Shown piece after piece: positions 36,069 through 46,500 of a DNA stretch of 64,000 bases. The translations under genes were made by a program, and so were the position numbers. The stretch's first letter is position 1, and each line of letters opens with the position of its first letter. Below the pieces are notes generated by a model. The model did no database searches. It was not told the DNA's origin and saw only the letters and a program-made list of their open reading frames with translations. The stretch is from a virus: IMG/VR virus record IMGVR_UViG_3300025381_000009. One strand, given 5' to 3'.

Positions 36069-37121
36069 TTAAGCTTGGGTATTACCAAGTAAACCAGTTG
36101 TTGTGGCATTAGGACCAACTTGGATGGCTGTCAAACCAAGAGTTAGAACCAACTTAGCGGAACCATTTAAAGTACCACCAGGCGCGTATGTACCACGCAC
36201 ATCGGGAGTTACAGAGGTTGATGTCAATTGAGGAACAAGACTTATACCTGAAGTAATTGTTGTACCACCTGTTGCAACGTAAGTACCCGCTAGGAAGTTA
36301 GCTTGTGTAGTAGACAACTTGCCAGTTGTACCAGTCAAATTAGTCCACCAGTAAGTCGTATTAAGCGACACACCAGTCAAAGTACCCAAAGCACCAGTCA
36401 ATTGAATCAATGTTCCACTTGGCGGAGAATAAGCAACAGTTACAACGCCAGGAGTAGCCGATGTAAAGTTGGTAATTGATTGAGTGTTGTAGTTGGTTGT
36501 ATTTGCGTAGTAACCATAAGTCAAAGTTCCTGAGTCGTTAGACAAAGAACCTGTGAATCTGTTACTTAGAATATACGATTCATCACTGATACGTGCAGGC
36601 AGTCCAAGAATATTTGTTGTATCAATAGATACTGCAACTGCGGTAGCAGCGGAGAAGGCAATAGAGTAAACCTGGAAAAACGCTTTACGTCCCTTGGTTT
36701 GTGTAGAAGCTACAGTACCAGACTGAATGATTTCAGTCATAGAGTTACCGTAGTAATCATAACCAGTAATTGTGATTACTGAGTTGGTCGGGCTACCAGA
36801 AGCAGTTGTACAAGCAACAGCACGGGGGTAGTCAAACTGCAATACAGTTGTACCATCAGTTCTTACGACCTGAGTTGTGCCGTTAGTTGCCGAAGCAGTT
36901 GCTAACTGTGTACCACTGTATGTTGTCGCTACTGTAGGTGTTTTTGCGGCCAAAACAGCAGCAACAGCACCCGCAACAGCAGTTGTATCGTATAAATAAA
37001 CACGTCCCATAGGTCCAAAACCTACAGACATGGGGGATGGATCACCTAACGCACTATTGACGTTTGTACCAACGTAAGCTTGTGCAGAACCTAAAAATAG
37101 GTCATCTGAAAATTGGGGCAT
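36069..37121 (-). CDS. Capsid decoration/head-associated protein
   Basis: Directly after MCP; MPQFSDDLFLG, GPMGRVY; T/A-rich. Confidence 0.55.
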   Translation of the reverse strand: MPQFSDDLFLGSAQAYVGTNVNSALGDPSPMSVGFGPMGRVYLYDTTAVAGAVAAVLAAKTPTVATTYSGTQLATASATNGTTQVVRTDGTTVLQFDYPRAVACTTASGSPTNSVITITGYDYYGNSMTEIIQSGTVASTQTKGRKAFFQVYSIAFSAATAVAVSIDTTNILGLPARISDESYILSNRFTGSLSNDSGTLTYGYYANTTNYNTQSITNFTSATPGVVTVAYSPPSGTLIQLTGALGTLTGVSLNTTYWWTNLTGTTGKLSTTQANFLAGTYVATGGTTITSGISLVPQLTSTSVTPDVRGTYAPGGTLNGSAKLVLTLGLTAIQVGPNATTTGLLGNTQA

Positions 37122-37158
37122 TTTATTTCCTTTTGGGCATGAACCCGTTAAGAATTTT

Positions 37159-37189
37159 AAAAAGGGGAAGAGATTTGACTCCCTTCCCC
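37159..37189 (-). terminator. Intrinsic terminator after the major capsid gene
   Basis: GGGGAAG(G)GAG-loop-CTCTTCCCC followed by TTTTT on minus. Confidence 0.7.
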
Positions 37190-37196
37190 ACTCGGT

Positions 37197-38111
37197 TTAC
37201 ATACCAGGTGTACCGAACAACGCTCTAGGATCTGTCCATCCTAGTACATAACGCTCTGTAGCCTTGTAACGCATAGAGTCAGTCTCGAAGTCACCTTCCA
37301 TAGTCTTCTCTAAACGACGACGCATTAACAGCTTCATGCCTTCTGGCGCATCTGTCTGCACCCACCATGCGGTGGCTGAAGTCAAACGTGACAGAACTGC
37401 GGCACCCTCATCCAACAAGCCAATAGACTTGACGGGGTTGATGTCGTTATTAGCTGTTCCCGTGCGTAACACAGATTTGAGCAACACTTCAGCTTGGAAA
37501 ATATTGCCTGGAGCCACAACCAACTGGCGTGGTACCAAACGAATTTTCTTCTGGTTATTGTCAACAGCGTTACGAATCTGAATCAACATTTGCTCTAAAG
37601 ATGTCTGTGACAGCACGGCGGCGGTAGACAATTGATTAGAGAACGTACCAATTGTGATTGGATGCGCTGTGTTGATTAAAGATACGCCATCACCACCAAC
37701 ATATCCTGAGTTAAAGGAGTTGTTGAGGATGTTTGCGGCTAGGGTTTCCTTCGTCTCAATCAAAGATTGTGCAAGGTGTCTTGCATAAACTTGACCAATA
37801 CGGATATGGTCACCGTCCTCAACGAGTGTCTTAGTCAGTGCAAAGGCAAGGCCATACACTAAATAAACATAACGCTGTAGGAATAACACTCCACCCTGTT
37901 GGTATGACACTGGTGTGCCATCAGGGAGTTGTGGTGCGGCGCCAAATCCATAAAGGACTGGCTCTTCATGGTAATTCCTTGGAATACCTTCTTGTTCACG
38001 GAAAACACGTGACCATTCGTCTTCACGAAGATCATATACGCCATCAAAACATTCGTTAAGAATAGGCTCAACGATACTTCTAAAGTCCGTACTTCGCATT
38101 GGTGCGGCCAT
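37197..38111 (-). CDS. Major capsid protein (HK97 fold, Mu gpT-like)
   Basis: 304 aa after scaffold; LFSNQL..LSQTSLE, PRQLVV, DFETDSMRYKATERY..GWTDPR. Confidence 0.9.
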   Translation of the reverse strand: MAAPMRSTDFRSIVEPILNECFDGVYDLREDEWSRVFREQEGIPRNYHEEPVLYGFGAAPQLPDGTPVSYQQGGVLFLQRYVYLVYGLAFALTKTLVEDGDHIRIGQVYARHLAQSLIETKETLAANILNNSFNSGYVGGDGVSLINTAHPITIGTFSNQLSTAAVLSQTSLEQMLIQIRNAVDNNQKKIRLVPRQLVVAPGNIFQAEVLLKSVLRTGTANNDINPVKSIGLLDEGAAVLSRLTSATAWWVQTDAPEGMKLLMRRRLEKTMEGDFETDSMRYKATERYVLGWTDPRALFGTPGM

Positions 38112-38121
38112 AATTTACCCC

Positions 38122-38694
38122 TTATAAAGAATTCACAGATCCGAAGAACTGAGAAGCAGAGTTAACCACACGTACGATGGTATAGGAATCGCCCCAAGCA
38201 TTGCCTGGCGCGGGCGAGAGGTCCACAACACGCATTTGACCCGCGGCGCTAGAACCAACATATGACGATGCACCAAGGGTACATTGTGACAATCCTGTGG
38301 TTGTAGAGCCAGAAGTTAAGTTAGTGAAGTTAAAACCTTGACCGACTGTGGTTTGAGCCATAGATCCGTCAGCTTGAATTTCATAAACAATGTTTTGATC
38401 GTTATAAAAATAAGCTACGCACGATCCAGTGATAAAACTTGTATTGGCAGGCCAATAGTTGCTTACACGGAAACGTCCTGTGGTATCAGTCCATGAAACA
38501 CCCGAAAAAGCCCCAGACCAAGCGCCTGTGGTTGTAACGGGAACGATTACTCCAGAAGAGTAAAGTACTGGTTGTCCCTTCAAAATATTTGAAGAATAAC
38601 CAGAAGTGATGCCTCCTGCTAACGCCTGAGCACGATCCAAGCCGGAGGGATGGAACGAAGGGCGTAAACCGAAAGCTTGCAATGTACTAGACAT
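38122..38694 (-). CDS. Capsid-associated (cement/decoration) protein
   Basis: AFGLRP N-terminus, GAFSGVSWTD, DQNIVYEIQADG; between scaffold and MCP. Confidence 0.6.
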   Translation of the reverse strand: MSSTLQAFGLRPSFHPSGLDRAQALAGGITSGYSSNILKGQPVLYSSGVIVPVTTTGAWSGAFSGVSWTDTTGRFRVSNYWPANTSFITGSCVAYFYNDQNIVYEIQADGSMAQTTVGQGFNFTNLTSGSTTTGLSQCTLGASSYVGSSAAGQMRVVDLSPAPGNAWGDSYTIVRVVNSASQFFGSVNSL

Positions 38695-38717
38695 GAAAAC
38701 TCCTTTTTTAAACTTGC

Positions 38718-39257
38718 CTACCCTGAAAATACGGGTGCGGAAAGCGGTTCATCAATGTTGCCAATACCGTCACCTTCGATTCGGCCTAATGACTTGCCGT
38801 TACTGTCTCTTCCCACTGAAGACTCTGCCTGTTGACGAATTTTATTCGCCTCCTCTAGCGGAGCATCATGATGGAAATGTGTCATCGCATCTTGATACAC
38901 ATCCATTGGTAGCTTAAACAGCAACATTTCATTACAAGCTATATAGCCTACAAACTCACCTGCTTTGACTTTGTTGTTTTCATATCCTGGTACCTCTTCG
39001 GCTTTCACTGGTACGTACCCAATACGAATTCTTTTGTCAATGCTGTCATATGAATTAGTTGTAGACAACCAACACAAATGCCAACCAGGGATCTTAGGGA
39101 CATCTGGCAATGCTCTTTGTGTCCACTCATCACTCCACATCTTGCGACGTTCCTGCGTTGAGACGAACTTTTCTTCTGGTGCCTGACGGGATTCATCTTG
39201 CTGAGCACGATTCTGTCTACCGCCTGCATCTAAAGATTTTTTTAAACGTGATTCCAT
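38718..39257 (-). CDS. Conserved hypothetical head-cluster protein
   Basis: PKIPGWHLCW..T, RIGYVPV. Confidence 0.7.
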   Translation of the reverse strand: MESRLKKSLDAGGRQNRAQQDESRQAPEEKFVSTQERRKMWSDEWTQRALPDVPKIPGWHLCWLSTTNSYDSIDKRIRIGYVPVKAEEVPGYENNKVKAGEFVGYIACNEMLLFKLPMDVYQDAMTHFHHDAPLEEANKIRQQAESSVGRDSNGKSLGRIEGDGIGNIDEPLSAPVFSG

Positions 39258-39259
39258 AA

Positions 39260-40219
39260 TTAGTTACTCCTTGTTAAACGGGCTTCTGATGCGTATCGCT
39301 TGATCATTTTTGTGCGTTTTACTGGGTCATCCCAGAATCCCGCATCCTTCATAGCTCTTACCTGTTCAGGAGTAAGAGTATAAGAATTTCGGCCTGCGCC
39401 TGCCGAAGATGATTCGCGTCCGCTACTTGCTACCACGTTTCTTGGTCGCTGTCTAACTACAGGTTCATCGTCTGTATCTGTATTGTATCTATGCGGTAGA
39501 CGCCTTTGCAAGCGATTATCTAATTCTTCCCAATATTCTTGCCTAGTTGGGTCCCAACCCTCTTCCACAAGACGTTTATCAATGACTTTAGCTATTTCGC
39601 TATCCTCGTCTGGGGCGTCTGGTCGATACCAACTATTACGCTCCATCCACTCTGAGGCATTGCGCTGTAAGCGTGGGTCTGGAATGTTTTGTTTTTGTGC
39701 AGGTTGTTGTGAGGCTTGCTTTTTCAAGTTTTTCAAGGCATCCAACTGTTGGCGTGTCTCATAAAGTAAATCTTGAGCCTTCGCCATTGCCTCCCCATCA
39801 CTGGAGCTTGTTGCCTCTGTTATCTTGAGACGAGCGTATTGAAGCCTAAGTTCTTGGTCTTCAATTGCCTTATCAACCCGAGCTATTTCTGCGCCGTGAG
39901 TCTTACGCTCAACCTGAGATAGGCGTTGCATTAACTCTTCGTTTTGTCGCTTAAGTTGCTGAAGTTGGACATCCTTCTCGGCGTTGTCTTGTTTAGCCCT
40001 TTGGCGACGCATTTTTCTGCGGTTAATCTTTTCCTGACGCACTTCATCTGTGTCGTCTGGGTGATCATCGTCGTGGGATGCTTTTTGTTTAGGCTCCTTG
40101 ATTTCGTCAATAGACTCATCTTGGGGTGCCATGCTTTCGGGTAGGTCAAAGACCACCGAACCATCAACTTCCTCTTTAACTTTTATCTCTTCTTCTGGTT
40201 TTTCTATTACTTCAGTCAT
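39260..40219 (-). CDS. Capsid scaffolding protein
   Basis: Acidic N-terminus, long coiled coil, W..RN.WY, C-terminal LTPEQV.AMKDAG.W. Confidence 0.75.
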   Translation of the reverse strand: MTEVIEKPEEEIKVKEEVDGSVVFDLPESMAPQDESIDEIKEPKQKASHDDDHPDDTDEVRQEKINRRKMRRQRAKQDNAEKDVQLQQLKRQNEELMQRLSQVERKTHGAEIARVDKAIEDQELRLQYARLKITEATSSSDGEAMAKAQDLLYETRQQLDALKNLKKQASQQPAQKQNIPDPRLQRNASEWMERNSWYRPDAPDEDSEIAKVIDKRLVEEGWDPTRQEYWEELDNRLQRRLPHRYNTDTDDEPVVRQRPRNVVASSGRESSSAGAGRNSYTLTPEQVRAMKDAGFWDDPVKRTKMIKRYASEARLTRSN

Positions 40220-40251
40220 GCTTTTCCCTCTTTACGGTAATCTTGCACGTT

Positions 40252-40665
40252 TTACACATATTCCGCCATTGCTAACGGATCGCCTTTAACCCTAGATATG
40301 ACTTCATGATCGTTTAGCACCATAAATAGCGCCTTATCCTCATTCTTGTCTTCTCCAGGAACTGGAACCTCCCATCTATCCCCACCCCATTTAGGAACGC
40401 GAATAAAATCTCCCACCTTTACCCATGAACCTTCAGGCCAAGAAGCCATCGTGTCACGGTTACGGTAGGCCAATGGGCCAATAGCCAATACTTTTGCAAC
40501 CATGTTTGCCCATTTTTCGGTTTCTCGAGTTTCCTCGGCCAAAATAATGCCAGACGCAGTCATTTTTTTCTTAGTTCTTCTAAGTTGTACCAATACTCGT
40601 GCTCCCAAAGGCTCTACACCAGGTTCTACCTCTGGAAAAGCCCATGCCAAGTCAATATCACTCAT
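40252..40665 (-). CDS. groES: GroES-like co-chaperonin
   Basis: EPLGARVLVQ, T.SGIIL, VLAIGP, VKVGD, VLNDHEV. Confidence 0.8.
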   Translation of the reverse strand: MSDIDLAWAFPEVEPGVEPLGARVLVQLRRTKKKMTASGIILAEETRETEKWANMVAKVLAIGPLAYRNRDTMASWPEGSWVKVGDFIRVPKWGGDRWEVPVPGEDKNEDKALFMVLNDHEVISRVKGDPLAMAEYV

Positions 40666-40847
40666 TATTTTTCTTCCTCTTCTAATTTTTGTTCAATTAA
40701 ATCCAAGACTTTTTGTAGTCCCATGTTCATCCCAACCATACGTTGATAAGATTCCCAATTGATAGCGTTACCATTTGCCAATGAAACTGCCATATCAAGT
40801 TGTTCTGTCTTAATTTCGCTGATTAGATCTCCGATGAACTTACTCAT
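40665..40847 (-). CDS. Conserved hypothetical protein
   Basis: WESYQRMVG..GL; typical neighbour of phage groES. Confidence 0.7.
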   Translation of the reverse strand: MSKFIGDLISEIKTEQLDMAVSLANGNAINWESYQRMVGMNMGLQKVLDLIEQKLEEEEK

Positions 40848-40993
40848 TTCTTCTTTTTAGCTTGCTCTAATGGGCTTTTCTTGCCTTCAGATCCACCCTT
40901 GGGTGTATAACTTGTCCCATCAAGCTTTTCGCCTTGCGCTATACGCTTGTGTTGGGGCACATCAATACCCTTTTGCTCATTTTCACTGGCCAT
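40844..40993 (-). CDS. 49-aa basic protein missing from the track
   Basis: MASENEQKGIDVPQHKRIAQGEKLDGTSYTPKGGSEGKKSPLEQAKKKK; AGGAGG RBS; overlaps portal stop. Confidence 0.65.
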   Translation of the reverse strand: MASENEQKGIDVPQHKRIAQGEKLDGTSYTPKGGSEGKKSPLEQAKKKK

Positions 40994-43535
40994 AATCACC
41001 TCCTAAGTGTCGTTGTGCTTCATTTTGAAGCGAAATTGCAGTGTCATACTGCTCTTGCTGAAGCTTGGCGGCGTCCCTTGTCAGTTGCGCCGAAGCTATT
41101 CGCTCTTTAGTCAGATTGTCAGTAGAGTTGATGGCTATGTCCAACTCCCTCTGACTCTGTACATTTTGTTTTTCATTTGCCAATTTGGCCTGTGCAATCT
41201 GAGTTGTAGCTTGCATTTGCTGACCCTTGAGCGCCATTTCTTGCTTATCACGCTCAGTTCTACGTTGTGTCTCGGCCATTGATGTCTGAATAAGCGCCTG
41301 TGCATCTGCATCAGGTTGTTGCGCCTGTTGTTGTGCTTGTTGCCTTAGTTCTATCAAATGTTGGAAATCAGGCATCAGTTGGGCAAAGATCTTGTTTTGT
41401 AAATCCATTCCCACGTGCTGAGATGCCAAAGCAAAAATCTTGTCAATCTGCGCCGTAAATTTAGGATCTTGGTATTGAATAGATTGTTTCTTGTCGTCCT
41501 TATTTGCATAACCATTCATCTGCTGTAAATACCACATAGTCATGTGTTGCTTTAAATGGTCAATCATAGGTATGACCAACCCATTAGCAATAATAGGATT
41601 GGCACCTAATAATGGGTTTTGCATAAAATCAAAGTGCGTTTGAATGTGAGCCAAGTGGTCTTGCTCAGGGTATGCGTTAGCCGCTTGACCCAGTGACATG
41701 GCCACATTCTCATCCGCGGGGTTTTGTTTCTTAGGCTCGGCCTCTTCAACCATTAACTCATTGAGTCCTGGTACTTTCATCTGTTTCATAAAACGCTCAA
41801 TCACAACCTTTTGATTGAACTGTGCAGGGTATTTGTCCATCAATGCCATAACAGCCTGAGATTGCGCCATCCTTTGCGTTTCAGAGAAAATATGTGGGTC
41901 TGAAACCGGCACTATATCTGTGTTGCGCTCAAAGTCTTCTTTGGATATTTCCAAATCTTTGACAATCTCGCCTTTCCTTTGGTCATCTAGATACCAACGG
42001 TTAAGTCTGCCAAGAATTTTTAGGACCCTAGCTTGAGATTGATGCAACCTAGCGTGGATGGCTGAGAATACGGCAGATCCTTGCTCAATAAGGGCTTGTG
42101 TGGTACCTACAGGCGCTTGCGCTGTGACGTCAGCTATCTTCTCCTCAGCAGTGGTTATAACTCCCTTAGCCGCGTTATCTAACCATCCAAGCAACTCAAA
42201 CAAAACAGGGCTAGGAGGATTAAAAGGCATAGGCATAGCAATTTGCCTGATATCGTTGATACCTGGACCTGCTTCAATCTCCGCAACCTGCGTAACCTCG
42301 ACCTGTTGAGATTGACCACTAACCTTAGCACCCTTAAGCTTAAGCATAGTAGCAGAGTTGTTGATATGTGCAGTATCGAGTAAAGCGCGTAAAGCACCAG
42401 TAAGAGCGGCGCTAAGGCCACCGATGAGATGAGGGAGGCCAACTGCATAGGCTCCTCTCCACGGAATGAACTTAAATTCCACCACCCAGTCAAGCTTGGT
42501 TTTTGTTTCATCGCCGTCCTCCCAGTTTCTGTATAAACCAACAACCTCGTGGTCTAGTGCGTCAATCATTAATATGTAAGGTGCCATATCCCCATCTGTA
42601 TATTTATCGTCTTCAAACTCTAACCATACATATGAATGATAAAAACGTCTAACTCCATCTTCGTTGTCCTCATAGCGCTTGCCTTCAATCTTGTTGTTGG
42701 CTTTTTGTGGACCAGTAAGCTCTGGCTCCATTGTGGCACGTATTAAATTAACATCACGATACATACCAGACTTGATGCGCTTTTTAACTTCCCACTCTGT
42801 AATTTCGTGTACTTCTGTAGCCCGTTGAGCAGTGTAGAAGTTGGACGCAGCGAACGGTACAATAACTCTATCAATTGGCAAGAACTCTACGCAAGGGCGT
42901 TTTTTATCGTCGTCATACCACATCTTGAAGTATTGGGAACCACCAAGAGGAAGTTGGGTCAATAACTGCTCTTGTTCGTCGCGGAACTCCTCAATCTGCT
43001 CAGTGATCTGCCAATTCATAAACTCTACCTTACGCTCCGCACGTTCGGTTTTGGCTTTATCAACATCACCTAATATTTTTGTCTTCACTGGCCCATCAGG
43101 TGGAAACATTTCTTTAATGGCTCTGGCCGCAAAGTCTACGCAAGACTCAGCCATCACAGGATGAACTACCTTGGAAGCCCCAAAGAACGTCGCACCGCCT
43201 GGTGAATCATTGCCCATGCCAGTACGCCTAATACCATCTTCATATTGTTTGTCTCTTAGTTTTCGCGCTTCCTTATCTTTTTCAATAAGGTCTGCATACT
43301 CAAGCGCCAATCCTTTAACATCAAATACCTCGGCCAAGTTTTCGTAGAACTTCTTGTCCTCCGATGGTCCTTTAAAGTCTGGGTCATGAACAATAACAGA
43401 ACCATCAGCCAGTTCCTCAAGTTCCATATCCTCTGGAGGCATACCAAATTCAACCGAGCCGTCTTCGTTCTCAGTCATTTCCATGCCGTCAATGTTACGG
43501 CCATAGTCTTGTTCAATGGGCATTTGTGTTGCCAT
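40983..43535 (-). CDS. Portal protein
   Basis: 850 aa; VHPVMAESCVDFAARA, GSQYFK.WYD, PVGTTQALIE, Q-rich coiled C-terminal barrel. Confidence 0.9.
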   Translation of the reverse strand: MATQMPIEQDYGRNIDGMEMTENEDGSVEFGMPPEDMELEELADGSVIVHDPDFKGPSEDKKFYENLAEVFDVKGLALEYADLIEKDKEARKLRDKQYEDGIRRTGMGNDSPGGATFFGASKVVHPVMAESCVDFAARAIKEMFPPDGPVKTKILGDVDKAKTERAERKVEFMNWQITEQIEEFRDEQEQLLTQLPLGGSQYFKMWYDDDKKRPCVEFLPIDRVIVPFAASNFYTAQRATEVHEITEWEVKKRIKSGMYRDVNLIRATMEPELTGPQKANNKIEGKRYEDNEDGVRRFYHSYVWLEFEDDKYTDGDMAPYILMIDALDHEVVGLYRNWEDGDETKTKLDWVVEFKFIPWRGAYAVGLPHLIGGLSAALTGALRALLDTAHINNSATMLKLKGAKVSGQSQQVEVTQVAEIEAGPGINDIRQIAMPMPFNPPSPVLFELLGWLDNAAKGVITTAEEKIADVTAQAPVGTTQALIEQGSAVFSAIHARLHQSQARVLKILGRLNRWYLDDQRKGEIVKDLEISKEDFERNTDIVPVSDPHIFSETQRMAQSQAVMALMDKYPAQFNQKVVIERFMKQMKVPGLNELMVEEAEPKKQNPADENVAMSLGQAANAYPEQDHLAHIQTHFDFMQNPLLGANPIIANGLVIPMIDHLKQHMTMWYLQQMNGYANKDDKKQSIQYQDPKFTAQIDKIFALASQHVGMDLQNKIFAQLMPDFQHLIELRQQAQQQAQQPDADAQALIQTSMAETQRRTERDKQEMALKGQQMQATTQIAQAKLANEKQNVQSQRELDIAINSTDNLTKERIASAQLTRDAAKLQQEQYDTAISLQNEAQRHLGGDYGQ

Positions 43536-43537
43536 GT

Positions 43538-46500
43538 TTATCCTCTTGTACTTAATTCGTGACGCATTATTTCTATGTTGTCAGTTATTTGAACATTGGC
43601 TTTTTTATTTGCCTTTTTAGCTTTAACCCTACCACCCTTTTTCTGACCAGTATATTTTTTAATTAAGTCGTTGTATTGTCCGACTTCATTTAAATATTGG
43701 TCATCAACCAATTGGTGAGGAAATACTTTTTGTATGGTTCCAGTAAAGTCAGTAGGATTCTTAGTCGATCTAACGTGTTGAGTAGCATCTGGAAATGTAA
43801 TTTCAAATGGTGCAGGAGGGGTCTGTGGCTGCAATGCTAATCCTTGAATGCCTTTGTTATAAGTATTGTGATTAGCCGTGTCTGTTAATTCAGCGCCCGG
43901 AACCATCTTACCCGCAGACAATCCAGTTAAATTAACCTCCATGTTACGCAGTGCAGGCTCTGTAATGGCCCATTGAATATCCAATCCATTTGGCAATCCA
44001 TGAGCACTGGTAATGTCAGGAGTTTTCATCCTACTGTTGTACCATTTACGTAACTCTGGATCTTCTTGCATAGCTTTGTATGCGCTTTCTGGATCAGCTA
44101 TACCAGGCCAATGCGGAAAATTAATGTGCTCATACTCACCAGTCTTAGCATTTTTCTTAACATAGCCATTAGCAATGATGTTATCAAAGCTATACATCTG
44201 TTCTGGTTTCATCTTTGACAAATCAGTAGCACGAAGGTTTGCATCTGCTAAATGCATAGCAAAGTTGTTAGCTACTGGACCCATACCCAAATGCTGACCA
44301 ATGACACGGCTTGGTTCGTAATAACCCGCTAATCTTGTAATCTTATCTTGCGCCATTTGAGCGGGATCTTCACCAGAGGCCCAAAATAATGGATGCTCAA
44401 GCGACATTTTGCCGAGTCCATATTTTGAACCACCTTCCTGTATAGAGTTGATGTCTTCTATATCTCCTGCATGACGCAAGATTGAATCAGAAATAGTTTG
44501 GTCTCCAGGAATAGCTACATTCACATCGCCAATTTGTGGTGTATATGCGTCTGCCTTTTGAGCGGTTCCAGTTGGTTGTATCTGATACGGAAGGCCCTTA
44601 AGCCTTTCGCTCTCCCTCATTGATCTTCCTGCAAGATTAACCGTCTTAGTCGAGTTCTCAGGCCTGACGTGCTCACCAATCATCTGCTTGGCAACTCGCG
44701 TAGCAATTTTGTCAATATCTTCTAAAGTTTTTGGAGTAGATCTTGGTATGCTCAAAGGAACAGCAGGTACTTTCTCGGCCTTGGTTATAAATTGACCAAC
44801 TTTCTTGAGAACATTATTAGTTAATGATCCACCGCCTGCCATATGAACCTCATGCCTCATCATGTCCAAATCGTCTGTTACGTGGACTTTACCGCCCCTT
44901 TGATAGTTTGGCATAAACTCTAAAGGATTGAGTGTGACAGACCCGTTAGCAAGCTTTAAAGATGGGTTTATGAAGCCTGGGTGTTTTACTTGTCCACCAT
45001 CTGCATAGGCAGGTAAACTTTCTGTGGCTACGTTTTGTTTCATCTCTGGTGTGAATTCCATGTAATGAAGAGGAGTAGAGTTTAGTTCTCTAGCTTTTAT
45101 GTTTGCTTCTTGTTGCGTTGGATGGCTTGAAATTATGTTGTCATTACCATCCATGACATTAAAACTATCGCCCTCGATTGTTCTGTTTGCGTAATGTTTA
45201 CCACTATTTAATACTGGTAACTCATTAAGCTTCATCTCAGCGCCGTATGGCTTACCAATGTCGTTGAAGGTGTTGGGGATGCGCTTGTCGTATGCGGCTT
45301 TCATGCCCTCGCCACCAATATTCAAATCTTGATTTGCTAACTCTCTCCAACGATTGCCATCAAATCCACTATTTTCACTTACATCAAAAGGCTTGGATTC
45401 AAGCAGTTTACTAGCGGCTTCCTTCCCAATGTAATCAGGTAATTCATGTGGATTAATATCTTCATCAATTACTTTATTTCCACGATGATCAAAAGCTTGT
45501 AGCTTCCCCGCTGTTGGCTCTCCATGTAAATGCTCACCAAACTTACCAGTTCCAGAAGCAGTGTCAACATAAATAAGCTTGTTTATTTGCTTAGCCAAGC
45601 TATATCTATCTGCCTGCTCTTTCCCGGGGGTCAATGCTATTGCGTCATACCCATTGTCAATGGCGTGTTTGACTAAGTCCTTGCTGACCATGTGCTCCCA
45701 ATTATTTTTGAATGGAGCGTCTGGTACTGCATTTATATTTTGTCTTGTCAAATGATCAAGATCATACATCTGACTATTTAATTCAAGCAATTTAGGCGTT
45801 ATTCCATTTGCTTCTTCCATCAAACTTTCAAATTTTAGTCCTGCCTCTGGCTCTCTTAAAGCTTGCTCATGCAAAATTCTTCTGCGCTTGTTAAGATCAT
45901 CAAATGTTTGTTTTAGTTCTTTTAATTGCTCTATTTTTGCTTCTGGATTTGAGTCCTTATAACCATACTTACGTCCATCCTGATGCCAATCAGATTGAAT
46001 CTCCTCAACATGTAAGATTTTCTTGCCATCAGGTGTTCTACGGTCAACTGTTCGAGCACTAGCTAATACATTAGGCTCAGCACCGAAATGATGTTCATTT
46101 GCCACAAAAGGTGGTTGTCCTTCTGGCTCATACTTGTACAAATGCTCCTGATAATTATTACCACCAGGAAGCTTAAAACCCTCATGGTGTGTCTGATTCT
46201 CATCTATCTCATGATTTTCAATATGAGATTCAGCATCCTCTCTCGATGGGAATGGATGGGCTGTGACTGGTTCACCATTGCTATCGACAACCCAGTGTTT
46301 GTCGTCTAGTATGCTATCAGGATTGTGTTTAATAATCTGTAAAGGTTCTGCGTCATTACTCAATATTTTTTTATATACTTTTGGCACAGGACGTTTAGCA
46401 AGTTCAGCTTGGAACTCATCCTTAGTCATCTTAGGCAGATCGTTGATCTCGTGCAAGTTTCTGTCTGCCAGTTCAGCCTTCTTTACGCCGGGCTTCTTGC

